64,000 nt of DNA from Octopus sinensis (lineage: Eukaryota). Both the position numbers and the translations under genes were made by a program. A model generated the notes under the pieces. The model ran no database searches. It was given only the letters and a program-made list of their open reading frames with translations, and was not told the origin of the DNA. Shown one piece after another: positions 49,732 through 63,529 of the stretch (position 1 is its first letter; each line of letters starts with the position of its first letter). The DNA is taken from positions 16,864,001 to 16,928,000 of the forward strand of contig NC_043024.1 in assembly GCF_006345805.1 (NCBI RefSeq), read 5' to 3'.

Positions 49732-51600
49732 GATGTGCTGCAAGAACTGGCATCTGTCACAGGACTCAATTAGTAAATTACTTAGGTGGTTGCATCGATG
49801 AAACCCAATGCAATCCTTGCAGAGTTTCTCAAGCCAGCGTATATCCTCAGGTGTGGAAGCAAAGATTTGAAAGCAGTAGGAGACTGGTGTTGCTGCTTTG
49901 TTGATTTGGTTTGGTGTTGACAAGATTTTCTTTGAAACTCTTGGTAGATTGAAGAAACAGTGTGACTATCTTGTGGTAGATTGGTGATATATAGATGATA
50001 CACTTTGCTTTGTTTGTTTTTGTAGTTTTAACAATGAATATGATACCAGGAGGAAAAAGACACAAATAAAATGTACAGATCACGAGAAGGTTAAGTTTGT
50101 ATGTTGATGGAATCGAATTGAAAACCAATGTTTATTATTTTTAAACCTTAAACGTTGCCAAATAGGAAATTCCTTTCAGGTATTTTTGTTTGCATGAGAA
50201 AGGTTGAATGAATGAAAAGTATGGAATAAAGTGTTGAGGGGTTTAAGAAAAGAACAGGTGTTTATTAAAATCCAGCTTTACAAATAAATTTTAAGAAGCA
50301 GCAGGAATGTAACTCCAGGGGAATTAACGTCTGTGCTTCATCCTTTTCATGAAATTCTAAATGTATTTTTGAAAGACAATAATTGTTTAGAGTGGTTGAT
50401 GAAGAAAAGTTATTCATGAAAAATAGTGATGTGCATGCCTTGCTACTAGAAGTGTTGTATGCGATTTTGTGATAAAGTTTTGGGGACAATGTTCATGAAG
50501 ACACTTGGAAAATCATACAAAAAGAAGTATTGAATTTCTCAAATGAATAAAAAGGAAAGGAATTGGGTGGGGACAGGAAAAGGAATAGAAGGTGGTGGGG
50601 CAGGGAAGATTTGAAACAAGGGGTAAAACTTCCAGTAGTCCATATCTATAAGCTGATTTCTTCTTACCAGATGATAAAAGAGTGTTTACAGCAAGATTTT
50701 GATGGATTTGATAATTTAATCATATTTGTTTTGGGAAGTTTTGACTGATGACTGTTGCTGCTGCCACCCACAGTTGCTTTTGGAGTAAAAGAGGGAGAGA
50801 GAGAGAGAGAGTTTTTTTACTGAGAGATAGAAGAGGGGGTGAAGATTCCATTTAAGGGGAGAGAAACACTTAAGGGTTTATAAAATATTTTGTTTTTTAA
50901 TTATTATGAGAGGCTTTTTTTATTCTTTTGAGTGAGAGAGCATATTAAATAATATTTCCATATAATCTAATTTATTTATATTTTTTAGTTGTCCTAGCAG
51001 TTGTTGATAGCACCATTTCACCCTTATGAGCTCCTTGGTACACCATAACTTGAGGCCATTAAATTTGTTAGTCTATATTAATTTTAAACCTTTAGGAATT
51101 GTATATGATCGATTTTCTTCTCTTTAAAACCATTTTATTATCAATAGTGTATAACTTTTAGGCATAATGAACCTTTCGGTTAAAATTGATAAAATATTTA
51201 TGAGTTGAAGTTTTAAAACTCCTGTATCTTATCTCAGATTTTAATTGATAATAAATCATCAGTAACGATCAAACAGTATTCAGTTGAAGAGACATACCAA
51301 AATGTACAAGAATAATATCAGCATGTCTATAGTCTATACAGAAATGTAATGATTTATCTCTAAATTGGCTTTATTACCATAATATATAGAATTGGTCAGA
51401 GTTTCCTGAGGTCAGAACATTGATTCAGCAGCCACATACAAAGCATGCAAATGTTGGCCATTAACTGAATGGTGTGCTGAATGTTTGTATTATTATTATT
51501 CTTATCTGTGGCATACTTAAGCCATAAATATTTATATTGCCATGATTTTCATGTTGTGCTATCATGAAATTGTGCAGAAGACACGCAAACTGTAATTCTC
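49732..51600 (+). other. Repeat-poor unique region, possibly a terminal exon and long 3' UTR of the plus-strand transcript
   Basis: About 1.9 kb without recognisable TEs, with several AATAAA; alternative acceptor aaattacttag| at 49786 gives VVASMKPNAILAEFLKPAYILRCG...C* (stop 49918-20). Confidence 0.3.
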
Positions 51601-51691
51601 TGATTGATCACAGTGGTTCTGGTCAGTAGCATTCCGGTCACTGTTTACAGTTGGTGTGTCAGCTGGTTGAAACTGATCATGGTTTTATGTT

Positions 51692-51769
<78 letters not shown>

Positions 51770-51963
51770 GTAAATCCCAAAAAGAACAAACACAAAAAAC
51801 ACAACAACTTAAGGATGTGGTACATGTATTGTATTAGCAGACACTCAGGGAATGAAAGAAAGATAGTTTTATATATATATATCTATCTTTGTACATGCAC
51901 ACACACACACACATACATACATACACAATAGGCCAAATGTCACATGCCAAAACATTTGACATT

Positions 51964-52155
51964 TCTCTATATATAAAACTGAGAATGTGTGTGTCTGTGT
52001 GCATGTGTGTGTCTGTGTGTGTGCATCACTAAAACTCGAGAACTACTCAATCGATTTCATTCAAATTTTACACCTACACTACTTATGGTCCATGGAGTTT
52101 CATGGGCCAAAAAAAGCTTTCAATTTCTTGACTAATACGAGCCCAGAGCAATCTC
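51964..52155 (+). mobile_element. Non-autonomous Helitron-like element
   Basis: Homologous to 42750-42916. Confidence 0.6.
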
Positions 52156-52304
52156 TTAGATTGTTTCAGTTTTATGTGACAAGAGTAATGCAAGATAATA
52201 GTTTCACTGTTAGTAGTTTCACTATGCATATAACTTATACATAGCAAAACTATTATCTCACATTACACGTCTACATACATATATATATATATATATACAC
52301 ATAT

Positions 52305-53000
52305 ATATCATCATCATCATCATCATCATTTAGCGTCCGCTTTCCATGCTAGCATGGGTTGGACAGTTCAACTGGGTCTGGGAAGCCAGAGGGCTGCACC
52401 AGGCCCAGTCTGATCTGGCAATGTTTCTATGGCAGGATGCCCTTCCTAACGCCAACCACTCCGTGAGTGTAGTGGGTGCTTTTTACGTGCCAGACGGGGC
52501 TGGCAAACGGCCACGGTCGGATGGTGCTCTTTATGTGCCACTGGTACGGGGGCAAGGCGAGGCTGGCAACGGCCACAATTGGATGGTGGTTTTTACGTGC
52601 CACCGGCACAGAGGCCAGTCGGGGTGGCACTGGCAACGGCCACAGTCGGATGGTGCTTTTTATGTGCCAGGCGAGGCTGGCAATATATATATATATATAT
52701 ATTTACATACATACTTATATATATATAAATATATACTTATATATGTATGCATGTGTAAAAAGATTCGAGCGAGGTCATTGCCAGTTCTGCCTGACTGGCC
52801 CCCATGCCGGTGGCATGTAAAACGTACCCACTACACTCTTGGAGTGGTTGGCATTAGGAAGGGCATCCAGCTGTAGAAACTCTGCTAGATCAAGATTGGA
52901 GCCTGGTGCCGCCATCTGGTTCGCCAGCCCTCAGTCAAAATCGTCCAACCCATGCTAGCATGGAAAGCAGACGTTAAATGATAATGATGATGATGATGAT
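52305..53000. mobile_element. Two RTE-LINE 3' ends in inverted orientation (52305-52680 -, 52770-53000 +)
   Basis: (cat)n tail at the left and (gat)n tail at the right; complementary bodies. Confidence 0.9.
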
Positions 53001-53077
53001 GTAGAAAGTGTAACTGTAAAAATGCAGAATTATCGGAGTAATGGGCATTCAAAAAAGCATGTATGTATGTATAGAAA

Positions 53078-53443
53078 TCTCTCTCTATATAAACGGCAGT
53101 TTGTCTGTGCGTGTTTCTGTGTGTCTGTTTTCTCGTACCCTCACTCTGACCACGGCTTTCAACCGATTCTGATGAAACTTGACACACATAGCCCAATGTC
53201 ATAATTCAAAGCTAACGCAGCGAAAATTTTGAAAAGTTCCCCCAGTTCTGAAAATATCGATAAAATCGACATGGGGTCGAGAATCAGAAACAAACCACAG
53301 ACTGTCTAGGGACGCAACTCAACCTTTTTTAACTCAAAAAAAAATTTACCATAATTTTTTTGCTATTTTTGGCTATACACTCTAAAAATGCTTTATAGTT
53401 ATTTCCCTTACAAACCTGAGCAACGCCGGGCGATACTGCTATG
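53078..53443 (+). mobile_element. Non-autonomous Helitron
   Basis: A|TC(tc)n tatataaa 5' end; subterminal hairpin gcaacgccgggcgatactgc followed by a CTA(T)G|T-like end. Confidence 0.65.
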
Positions 53444-53959
53444 TATGAATAAAAAGATTCAAATTAAGGAAGTGCAATAATAATGTTTAGCAGTTCATAA
53501 TTGTGAGTAGTGAAATGCAGAATTAGGTTGGCTGATCGTTGGTTCAAAGTAATCAAACATAAACAATGAAATGGATTATTTCCCTTGGGTTTGGGTGTTT
53601 AAAAAAAATTAGTTATATAAGAGAGATATAACGGTCCCTTCCAGAGCCATATTATCGAATTTTTTTTCTTCAATGTAAGTATGTCATGAGGTTTCCAGAC
53701 ATGAATTCTCCTCACGTGTCAAGTTTCCTCAAAATCCATTAAATGATGTAGGAGCAGTTAGCTAACAATGCCACAAACACACACCAATTTTCATATATGT
53801 AGTAGATATATATATACAAAATATTTTTTCAAATTTTCCATATTTGTAGTAGATATATATATATATAAAATGTTTCTTCAGAATGAGATAAAAAACTAAT
53901 GCTGTAAAGATTTTAGAACATTTATAAGCCCTATTATAAATGTTCTAAAATCTCTAAGA

Positions 53960-54149
53960 CCTTGTTTCAGCCATTTGACTGTGGCCATTCTGGGGCATCA
54001 CCTTGAAGAATTTTGAATCAAATGAATCTGCCCCAGTACTTTTTTTAATCTTAAATCTGTTATTTATTCTGTCAGTCCCTTTTGCTGAACTGCCAAGTTA
54101 CAGGGGTGTAAACACACCAACACCAGTTGTTAAGAGGTGTAATGATGGA

Positions 54150-54185
<36 letters not shown>

Positions 54186-54285
54186 CATGATGGGCTTGTT
54201 ACAGTTTCTGTCCACTAGATCTATTAAAAAAGCTTTGGTTGGCCCAAGACTATAATAGAAAATACTTGCCCAAGGTGCCATGATA
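53960..54285 (-). mobile_element. SINE family A
   Basis: Reverse match. Confidence 0.8.
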
Positions 54286-54839
54286 TCAAGAAGTGATAGG
54301 ATGAGGTCGCAGAGGTGCAACAAAAACATTCATGAAATAAAATGAACAATCAATAAAATTTAATAAAAGAGTGAACTGTCAGAGTGTGTGTGTGTTTGCA
54401 CGCATGTGTGTATGTTTGTGTGTGTCTGTGCATGTGTGTATAAGTGTGTGTGTGTGTATATGTGTGCTTGCATTTCTGCCTTGAGATTTGAGGCAGTAAA
54501 CAAATGTCTCCATCATACAAGCAATGCTATTCCTTTCTGTGAAATCATTATCCAGTCATTAGATGCTGTTTGTGTTGAAAGGACTCGGGATGAAATATTA
54601 ATTGGGTGAGTGTCAGGGACAAAAGGGCCTCTGGCCATAGCAAATCAGTCTCAACAATTTCCATCTAACCCTTGTAAGTAGAAAAGAGTTTATACCTATA
54701 TAGGTATGATCTACCTGTCTCTCTACCTCTGAATCTCTCTACCTGTGTCTCTCTCTCTCTTTAGATATAATGCAGATATTAATCAACTTAGTGTCTTTGC
54801 CATCCACTCCAAGCCACTGTATACAGACAAATCTGTTCT

Positions 54840-55545
54840 CATACACATCCATATATATTTACACACATATACATACATGCACACACACATGTCTATATAC
54901 ATGTGCACACATATATAAACACATATGCACATGTACTTACATGAACACACATATACATGTACTGACATATACATACATATACACAAATATCCTTACACAC
55001 ACACACACACACACATTGACTTACATGTGTACATATATACATACATGCACACACACACATATACATACATGTGCACATATACATACACACACATATATAT
55101 ACATACATATACACAAATATACATATATGCACTCACACACACACACACATACACATTGACTTACCTGTACATACATATACATACAGGCACACACACACGC
55201 ATATACATGCATGTGCACACATATACATTCATATATGGACATATACCTACATGTACACACACATACATGTACAGACATATACCTACATATTTGCACATGC
55301 ATGCATATACATACATATACACGCATGTACATGCATATACACACATACATACATGCACATACATACATACATATATAGATATACATGTGCACACATATGC
55401 ACATATATTTATGTACACACACATACATGTACAGAAATATATATACATATATGCACATACATTATACATATATCCATACATACATATATATAAACTCATA
55501 TAAATGGACGCACACATAAACATATACACATATACATGCCTACAT

Positions 55546-55621
<76 letters not shown>

Positions 55622-56870
55622 TGGCAACATTCAAATGTTACATTAATAGACAACAACACAACCAAGAACATCCGGTCGGCTGGCCAGTCTGTCAGTTGGT
55701 CGGTATTCTCACTTGTTTTAGTAAGACTTGATTCCACCTTCTAATGAAGATCGATGAGATAAAAAAATATAGTAAAAAACAAGGAAAAACTATATAGACA
55801 TTCATGTGGCACCACCAACTAACTATAGCACCACCACCACCACCCTTCTGTAGACATAGAGTGTGTGTATATATATATATATAGTCTTTAGAGGAAGATA
55901 GAGTTGGGAAGAGTGAATTGGGTGATATGTTCAGACCTCAAAGTAAACTAGAATCGTCATGTGTTTTGTCATCATTATCATCATTGTCGTCATCGTCGTT
56001 GCCAGCACTGTCATCATAGCTACCACCATCGCCAATACCACTGCCACCACCATTATTACTGTAGCCATCATCATCATTGCCATCATCTTCGTATTTGTAA
56101 GTGTAGACCTATAAACACAGAAAAATGTCACTCTGTGGAAGAGATCAAATAATTGATAGGATATTTTAGCAGAGCAAATATCACTTTTTCTCAAAATATA
56201 AATAGACCTGTATGTGTGTGTGTGTGTGTGAGTGTGTGTAAATATGTATGTACCTGTGTCTGAGTATTTATCACTCACACATGTATACATATTTGTTTGT
56301 GTGAGAGTATTTATATCTTTGCAGGTATTGTGTAAGGTGTGTGTACACACACATACACATATAGAAATATGTATATATTTGTAGGTATGTATATATAAAT
56401 ATATTTATATGCATACATATATATATATGTAAGTATCTATATGTATATAAAGTATATATATATATATATCTATACATGTATGTGTGTGTATATATATACA
56501 TGTACAGGTATATATATAAATATACACTATATGTATATAGTGTATGTATATGTGTGTGTATATGTGTGTATACATATATATATATATATAAGTGTGTGTG
56601 TATGTGTGTGCAGGCACACATAATTAAATGTTGTAAATGTATGCCTGTATAACTCGACATCTCACATATAAGTAAATATATGTAAATGTGTGTGAATATA
56701 TTTATAAATTATACATATATACATGCACATATAAATGCACAGAAATGTAAATATTTGTGGATGTGTGTGCATTATATGCATGTATGTGTTTGTGTGTATG
56801 GGTGTGCATGCATGTGTGTATTTTTGTGTGTGTGTATGTGCATGCATGTCAAGTGTAGCTGCAATAGTTA
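54840..56870. repeat. Two large degenerate (CA/TA) and (TG/TA) low-complexity tracts (54840-55620, 56200-56870)
   Basis: Read directly; the source of many H/T/Y and C/V/Y ORFs. Confidence 0.92.
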
Positions 56871-57478
56871 ATGTAGTGAGCTGCAAATAATTTTTTTCAT
56901 CAGAAGAAAATGAATCACTGATGAGGCAATTTAAAATAATGACATTGGTAAATATATCAAGGGTGTATTTTGCATGGAGACTGGTTATAGCTTCTCTTGA
57001 TTAAAAATTATCTATTCCATTTACCATATTATGCTAACTTGCTCTTAACTATAAATTCTTCATGCAGATAGCACCCTCGAGAAAGTTTGCAGTGTTGTTA
57101 TTTTAATTTGTTGAATCAATTAATTAGCTTTGTACCAAAGCTATATAATTTTTCAGTGGAGAAGGCCATTTCTCAGTTCTGCTTTTCTTACGAAAAATAT
57201 TTAATTTCAATAATTTTCATTGGATTATTGTTTTTCTGTGTGTTCCTTCTCCGTTTAAGACTTGGCATCAACAGATTACCCAACCCACATCTGCTGTGCA
57301 GTCGTTGAGGGAAGGTCACAATTCTGTGGTTAGAATTTGAGTTGCGTATAACATGGTTATACATACATTGTTTCTTTTTGTTTGTAAGGGAAAGAAATAG
57401 CTCATTGGCAATCTATTTCTTTCATTAGAAAAATAAATGAAGTCCACCAAGTAATTATTATTTATTTATTTAATTCAG

Positions 57479-57741
57479 TTGTTTTTCCTCATTTCAAATC
57501 CGAAGTCTGTAAATACTGAGACAGAAGATGCTATTTCAGTTGTCATTAAATCTCTTCAGCACCAAGTAATTAAGGGTTTATTAATTATATTATATGCATT
57601 TAAAGTAAAAACATTTCAGAAGTGGGGGAGAGAGAGAGAGACTTACACGTTGATAGTAGTCTACAGAGAATATTTTGTGGAAGTCTTTAACCACGAGAAG
57701 GTCATTTTAGTTCCTAATTCTTTTGTTGTGGAGAAATATAG
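57479..57741 (+). CDS. Candidate exon(s) of another plus-strand gene (FFLISNPKSVNTETEDAISVVIKSLQHQ...EYFVEVFNHEKVILVPNSFVVEKY)
   Basis: 88-aa ORF starting at taattcag| and ending at ag|gtaaat, phase-compatible with the 57829-57863 exon. Confidence 0.3.
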
Positions 57742-57828
57742 GTAAATCTAAATCAATTTACTGATACAAAGTTTTGTTGAAACATTTCCAATTTATTTTC
57801 TGCTAGAATAATCATATTTATTTTGCAG

Positions 57829-57863
57829 GCTCTCTCAATTACCAAGTTATAGAATGAACATAT
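57829..57863 (+). CDS. Candidate 35-nt exon (LSQLPSYRMNI)
   Basis: tatttattttgcag| ... t|gtaatt; 87-nt intron from 57741. Confidence 0.3.
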
Positions 57864-58469
57864 GTAATTCTCACCACTTAACATGGTGCCAGTGAGACCA
57901 AAACATACCTGTAGTTGCCACATGTGTTACCAAATCTGATATTCACAACATACGTTCCTTCAATATCTCCGTTTAATCTTTGGTCAGAGTTCTCTCCAAC
58001 GCATCTCCAATGCTTAAATGATCTCTCCTCATTCCAATTATAATTTAAATTTATTTAACAATTACTGTCTCTTCACCATGTTAAGTCAAATAGCCTTCAC
58101 TTTGCTGTATGCTGTTCATGCAGAGGATAAAGGGTAACGACCCTTCTTTAGTCATGAATGACGATGGGATTGCACCTAGAAAGTTCCCCTCTGAGGCACA
58201 AATTCAGACAACATTGTTTATGGAAAATCAACCATTGCTCATACATACCAGCCTCCACTCTCCACACCATTGATGTTATCCTAGGGAAAAGGCAAAGGCC
58301 AGTACAGCTTGGCACCAGTGAAGTTGCAACTAAATTTCCACAGCTGATTGATACTCTCCAGCTGTTGAAAATCCACTTCAACAAATTCTGTTCAACCCAT
58401 ACCAGCATGGAAAAGCAGACACCAAAACAATGACAGGGATGATATGTTTGATAAGATGTTGCCTTATGT

Positions 58470-59655
58470 AGTTCAACACCCATATGAAAACAAGGAATAG
58501 GAGAACAGCTCAATGCCCTTTCTAAAGCCAACCACTTTACAGAATGAATTGAGTGCTTTTACACAGTCCCGGCATGGGTGCTTTTTACGTGCCGCCAGCA
58601 CCTGTGAGCCCACAAAATTAGGGATGCTCAGCTGGAGAGGGTTGCAGGGGTTGAGCCTGTATGCAAGGGCAACCACGCCTTTAATTAGCTTGACTTGTCT
58701 TTTCAAGCACACCAAACTGTCAGGAGCCTCAGACCCCCATCGTCCCCTCTGTGAGTCCCAACATCTGTAGATCCTTTCTCTCCACTTCATCCCACATCTT
58801 CCTGGGTCTACCCCTTCCACATGCTTCCTCTACAATTAGAGATCGGCACCTTTTGATGCAATGGTCTTCATTCATACACGTAACCATACTAGCACAGTGT
58901 CTTCTCTCTTGCACACTACACCCGATGCCCTGTTTTTCTCTCAAATCACTTACACTCTGTCGTGTATGCACACTGACATTACCCATAATGAGCAGGAGTA
59001 GCTGTGTGGTAAGTAGCTTGCTTACCAACCACATGGTTCCAGGTTCAATCCCACTGCATGACATCTTGGGCAAGTGTCTTCTATAGCCTTGGGCCAACCA
59101 AAGCCTTGTGAGTGGATCTGGTGGACGGAAACTGGAAGAAACCCGTTGTATATATATATATGTGTATGTGTGTGTATATGTTTGTCCCCCCCCCCCAACA
59201 TCACTTGACAACCGATGCTGGTGTGTTTATGTCCCTGTCACTTAGCGGTTTGGCAAAAGAGACCGATAGAATAAGTAGTAGGCTTACAAAGAATAAGTCC
59301 TTGAGTCGATTTGCTTGATCAACTAAAGGCGGTGCTCCAGCATGGCCACAGTCAAATGACTGAAACAAGTAAAAGAGTAAAAGAGAGAGAGAGATACAAC
59401 AAAGGATATTGGCTTCATTTCTCTCAAGCCTTTACATGTCCTGCTCAGTTACAGCCCCTGTCTCCCAGCCATGCAGCATAGCCGTTCCTACACAAGCATC
59501 GTACAACCTGCCTTGTACCGTGAGGGAGAGGCCTTTCATCACAAACATGTAGTAACTCCCTGAGCTTTGCCCAGCCTTTTCTTATTCTAGCAGCTATGCT
59601 TTTGGAATGACCACTCCCACTACTGACTTGGTCACCTAAGTAACAGAAACTGTAT
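58470..59655 (-). mobile_element. 5'-truncated RTE-clade LINE (RT C-terminus plus 3' UTR) interrupted by a SINE
   Basis: SFCYLGDQVSSG..IAARIRKGWAKLRELL..; ..GRGRPRKMWDEV.RKDL, followed by the ggaagggcat-type 3' UTR. Confidence 0.9.
58990..59390 (+). mobile_element. SINE family A nested in the LINE
   Basis: The LINE coding sequence resumes on both sides. Confidence 0.9.
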
Positions 59656-59674
59656 AATATGAATATATATATAT

Positions 59675-60093
59675 AGGCGCAGGAGTGGCTGCGTGGTAAG
59701 TAGCTTGCTAACCAACCACATGGTTCCGGGTTCAGTCCCACTGCATGGCATCTTGGGCAAGTGTCTTCTGCTATAGCCCCGGGCCGACCAATGCCTTGTG
59801 AGTGGATTTGGTAGACGGAAACTGAAAGAAGCCTGTCGTATATATGTATATATATATGTGTGTGTATGTGTTTGTGTGTCTGTGTTTGTCCCCCTAGCAT
59901 TGCTTGACAACCGATGCTGGTGTGTTTATGTCCCCGTCACTTAGCGGTTCGGCAAAAGAGACTGATAGAATAAGTACTGGGCTTACAAAGAATAAGTCCC
60001 GGGGTCGATTTGCTCGACTAAAGGTGGTGCTCCAGCATGGCCGCAGTCAAATGACTGAAACAAGTGAAAGAGTAAAAGAGAAAGAGTAAAGAG
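59675..60093 (+). mobile_element. SINE family A, young full copy
   Basis: CpGs retained; closest to the apparent consensus. Confidence 0.92.
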
Positions 60094-60317
60094 TATATAT
60101 AAATATGTGTGTGTGTGTGTGTGTAATATATTCATGGTGCGTAAGGCAGTTATCTATGGCTGTCCTGTTCTCTGTTTGATTCTGTTGTTGTTCTTGTCAT
60201 TATTCTGTTTTCTGTTTATTGTGGCAGACATTCCTGTGGTTGTTGTTGTTGTTGTTGTTAGGTACATGTAGTTTCTGTTGTAACATACGACCCAATCAAT
60301 TTTAATGAGCTCAAGCT

Positions 60318-60353
<36 letters not shown>

Positions 60354-60654
60354 GAACACATACATGTACATATATACATGGGCTTAGTTCATACATGTGT
60401 AGGTTAAACAAGTATGGATCTCTCACTCTCTCTCTTCCTCTCTCTCTTTCCCTCTCTCTCTCTCTCTTTCTCTCTCTCTCTTTCTCTAGTTTACATTATA
60501 TGCTGCATTTGGTGTCATTATTTTGCTGTTGCAACATTGTGCATCTCTGCAGGGAAAGTTACGATTTAATGAGGTACATGCCAAAAGTATGTACATGTGT
60601 GTATGTATATGGATAGTGTGTGAATGTGTATGGAGTGTGTGCGTGTTTCTTTTA

Positions 60655-61410
60655 TCTTTTTTACTCATTTCCGTCATTAGACTGCAGCCATGCTGGAGCA
60701 CTGCCTTGAAGGATTGTAGTTGAACAAAATCAATGCTGGGGCTTATTTGTTTTTAAGCCCAATACTCAGTCTCTTGTGCCAAACTAGTTATGGGGATGTA
60801 ACCACACCAACACCCATTGTCAAACAGGGGTGGGAACAAACACAGGCACAAAGAGACACGCACACATGTCTATATATCTATACCTACCTACCTATCCATC
60901 CATCCATCCATCCATCTCTCTCTCTCTCTATATATATATATACACACACATACATACATACATATATATGTCATATATATATATACCTTTGAAATGCAGA
61001 GTAGATGAAACAGGGACAACTGATGAAGGGGAATATTCCTTGTGTTGTATGTCTTGTACTCTGTTTTTTCGTTCTTTGAAAAAAAGTTTGTTTCTTTGTT
61101 TTTTGTTTTTATGTTTTCATCTCTCATTGTGTTCAACATTTTTTAATGTCTTGTACCCATATATGCATGTATATATACATATATAAGTATGTACATATAT
61201 GTATGTATATATGCATATATTTATATATTATATATATATATATATATATACGATGGGCTTCTTTCAGTTTCCATCTACCAAATCCACTCACAAGGCTTTG
61301 GTTGGCCCAAAGCTATAGTGGAAGACACCTGCCCAATGTGCCATGCAGTGGGATTGAACTCAGAACTAAGTGGTTGGGAAGCAAACTTTTTTACCACACA
61401 GCCACCACCT
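60655..61410 (-). mobile_element. SINE family A split by microsatellites and another repeat
   Basis: Tail at 60655-60850 and head at 61250-61410. Confidence 0.7.
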
Positions 61411-62369
61411 ATATCATGTGTAGTTGATTAACCCTAGCCCAGCCCGTTTTGAGCAGATCTGTGATAAAAAGGCATTGCAGTCAGGGTCATTACATCATTT
61501 TTACATAATTTGGGGAACTGTATTACACTGTCCTTTTCTTATTTTAAGATAGTTGTGTGCAATTTGAAGGGGACTTTGGCTGCTATTTCTGATTGAAATG
61601 GCAGGTTTGAACACAGAGTAGAGAGAGCTGGAACAAGCATCACAAAGTTTGTCAAAGACTTTTGAGTAAATCCATCAATCATCTACACTGGAGTGATATT
61701 TTGTGAATTTTGGGAAGATTTGATTTGCCCTTGGCAGAATTTGACCTCAGAATGTAGACATCATCAATAAACAGTGCAATGCAGTATGTCCCCTACTGAC
61801 CATACCAAATGTTCAATGTTAGAAATGTAAAGGATTTCCAGTGCGTAGATGCGGAAAGAATTCCGGAGAATGGCAAAATGGGTTCAGTATTAAATGACAG
61901 GTGTTTTTTTAGAGACATAGTAAGAGGGTTAGGGTATGGGGTAGTGGGAAAACAAGGATGAAGAAATCAGCGAGATGCTTCAGCCTGGAAGGAGCAGATG
62001 TAGTCAGGCTGGTTCTGATATACAGAATATACCAAAGTTGATGTCATTGTATTACAAGATGTTGAGAAATAGTTTCTCAAGTAAGAGTCGTATTCAAATA
62101 AAAGAATCGTAAAATGGTAAAGTTGATGATGATAATGGCAATGGCATGAGTTGTAATGTATATTGGATGCTATAGAGTAGACTCAGGGGAGACACAAGAA
62201 GAAATATTATCCATGCAAGTTCTGGCAGTCTTGGAGAATAAATCTATTGGGTTGATATTTCTTCCAATAAATTTACTGGAATTTATCTTTCCAGTCAGAT
62301 ATCAATTTGTGTGGCTCTCTCACTCTCTTTCTCTCATTTCCTCTATTCTGTATGCATCTATGTGCATGC

Positions 62370-62699
62370 ACGCACGTGCATGAACAAACACACACATACA
62401 CACGCACACTTATAGTAAATACATATCTACATCTGTATATATATACATACATACATATATACATATATATGTATCAGACATATATATGTACACACTGACA
62501 AAGGCATACTTATGCAAGTGTATATAGGTATGTATGTATGTGTGTGTGTGTATCTATCTATCTATCCACACACACACAGTATACATAGACACACATTCAA
62601 ACTCTTATAAATACACAAATAGTTGCATTTATGTAAATGTGTATACATCTTTTGTTGTCTACATCCCTTGTTATCATCACAAACTTTTTCTTTCTCTTC

Positions 62700-62747
<48 letters not shown>

Positions 62748-62748
62748 G

Positions 62749-62825
<77 letters not shown>

Positions 62826-62990
62826 GCAGACAGATAGATAGGTAGATAGATAGATAGATAGATAGATTGGTAAATAGATAGATAGATAGATAGAAAGGTA
62901 GATAGATAAATAGATAGATAGCTGGATAGATAGACAGACCGACAGATAGTCAGATACACACCTATATGTCTGTACATATATTTGGTATAT
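62370..62990. repeat. Compound (CA)n(TA)n(GA)n(GATA)n microsatellites
   Basis: Read directly. Confidence 0.93.
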
Positions 62991-63529
62991 TTGGTACACT
63001 TCCTATTATAATTCACATCTTGTACTATTCCTATGAAAATACCTACATTTAATTTACATATATATACTAAGATTATCCCCTGCTTGATTTAAACTTTCCA
63101 TAATCAATTTAGGTGCAACCCCTCTTCCTTCATTCCTTCTAACTCTATGATACATGTTTATAATTCAACTCCTTCATTCTATAATTAAATTACTCGTTAT
63201 CTGTCTCTCTCTTTTCTATAATTATATCTTCAACGTTAATTCCGTTCAGTTTGAGACCTTACGCATATATTTATCCTGATTCTGTTTACGGTTCATTTTC
63301 CTCTTTCAGTTTTTTAATCATTCTTCATCTCCATCTGTCTTAACTATGATTACATTTTGTATTCTCTTTACTTCTGCTCACTCATCTGCTATGCTTGACC
63401 TATATTCCATCAGTGACTTTGAAACAAACTCTTTTCAATTTGTTGCAAAAAAATTTATATTTCCATCTCTTACCTTAAACCTTCAGATGCACTTCTTTGA
63501 AACAGGAATTATTCCTGTATATGTGCATA

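Noticed and set aside
53160-53180. ctgatgaaac as a hammerhead core
   Set aside because: No stem II; it is part of a Helitron-type ccgattctgatgaaactt motif.
1931-60093. SINE heads as functional tRNA genes
   Set aside because: They have A/B-box similarity only, run into SINE bodies, and form no complete cloverleaf.
61018-61050. CTGATGA followed by the hairpin aggggaatattcctt
   Set aside because: No GAAA follows the stem, so the core is incomplete.
941-63016. Most ORFs in the supplied track (poly-L/E/R, Y/I, C/V, H/T rich)
   Set aside because: They are translations of microsatellites, SINEs and satellite units, with no domain content.
63474-63514. Minus-strand exon atacag| ... aag|gtaaga
   Set aside because: Stops in all three frames; at best a UTR exon.
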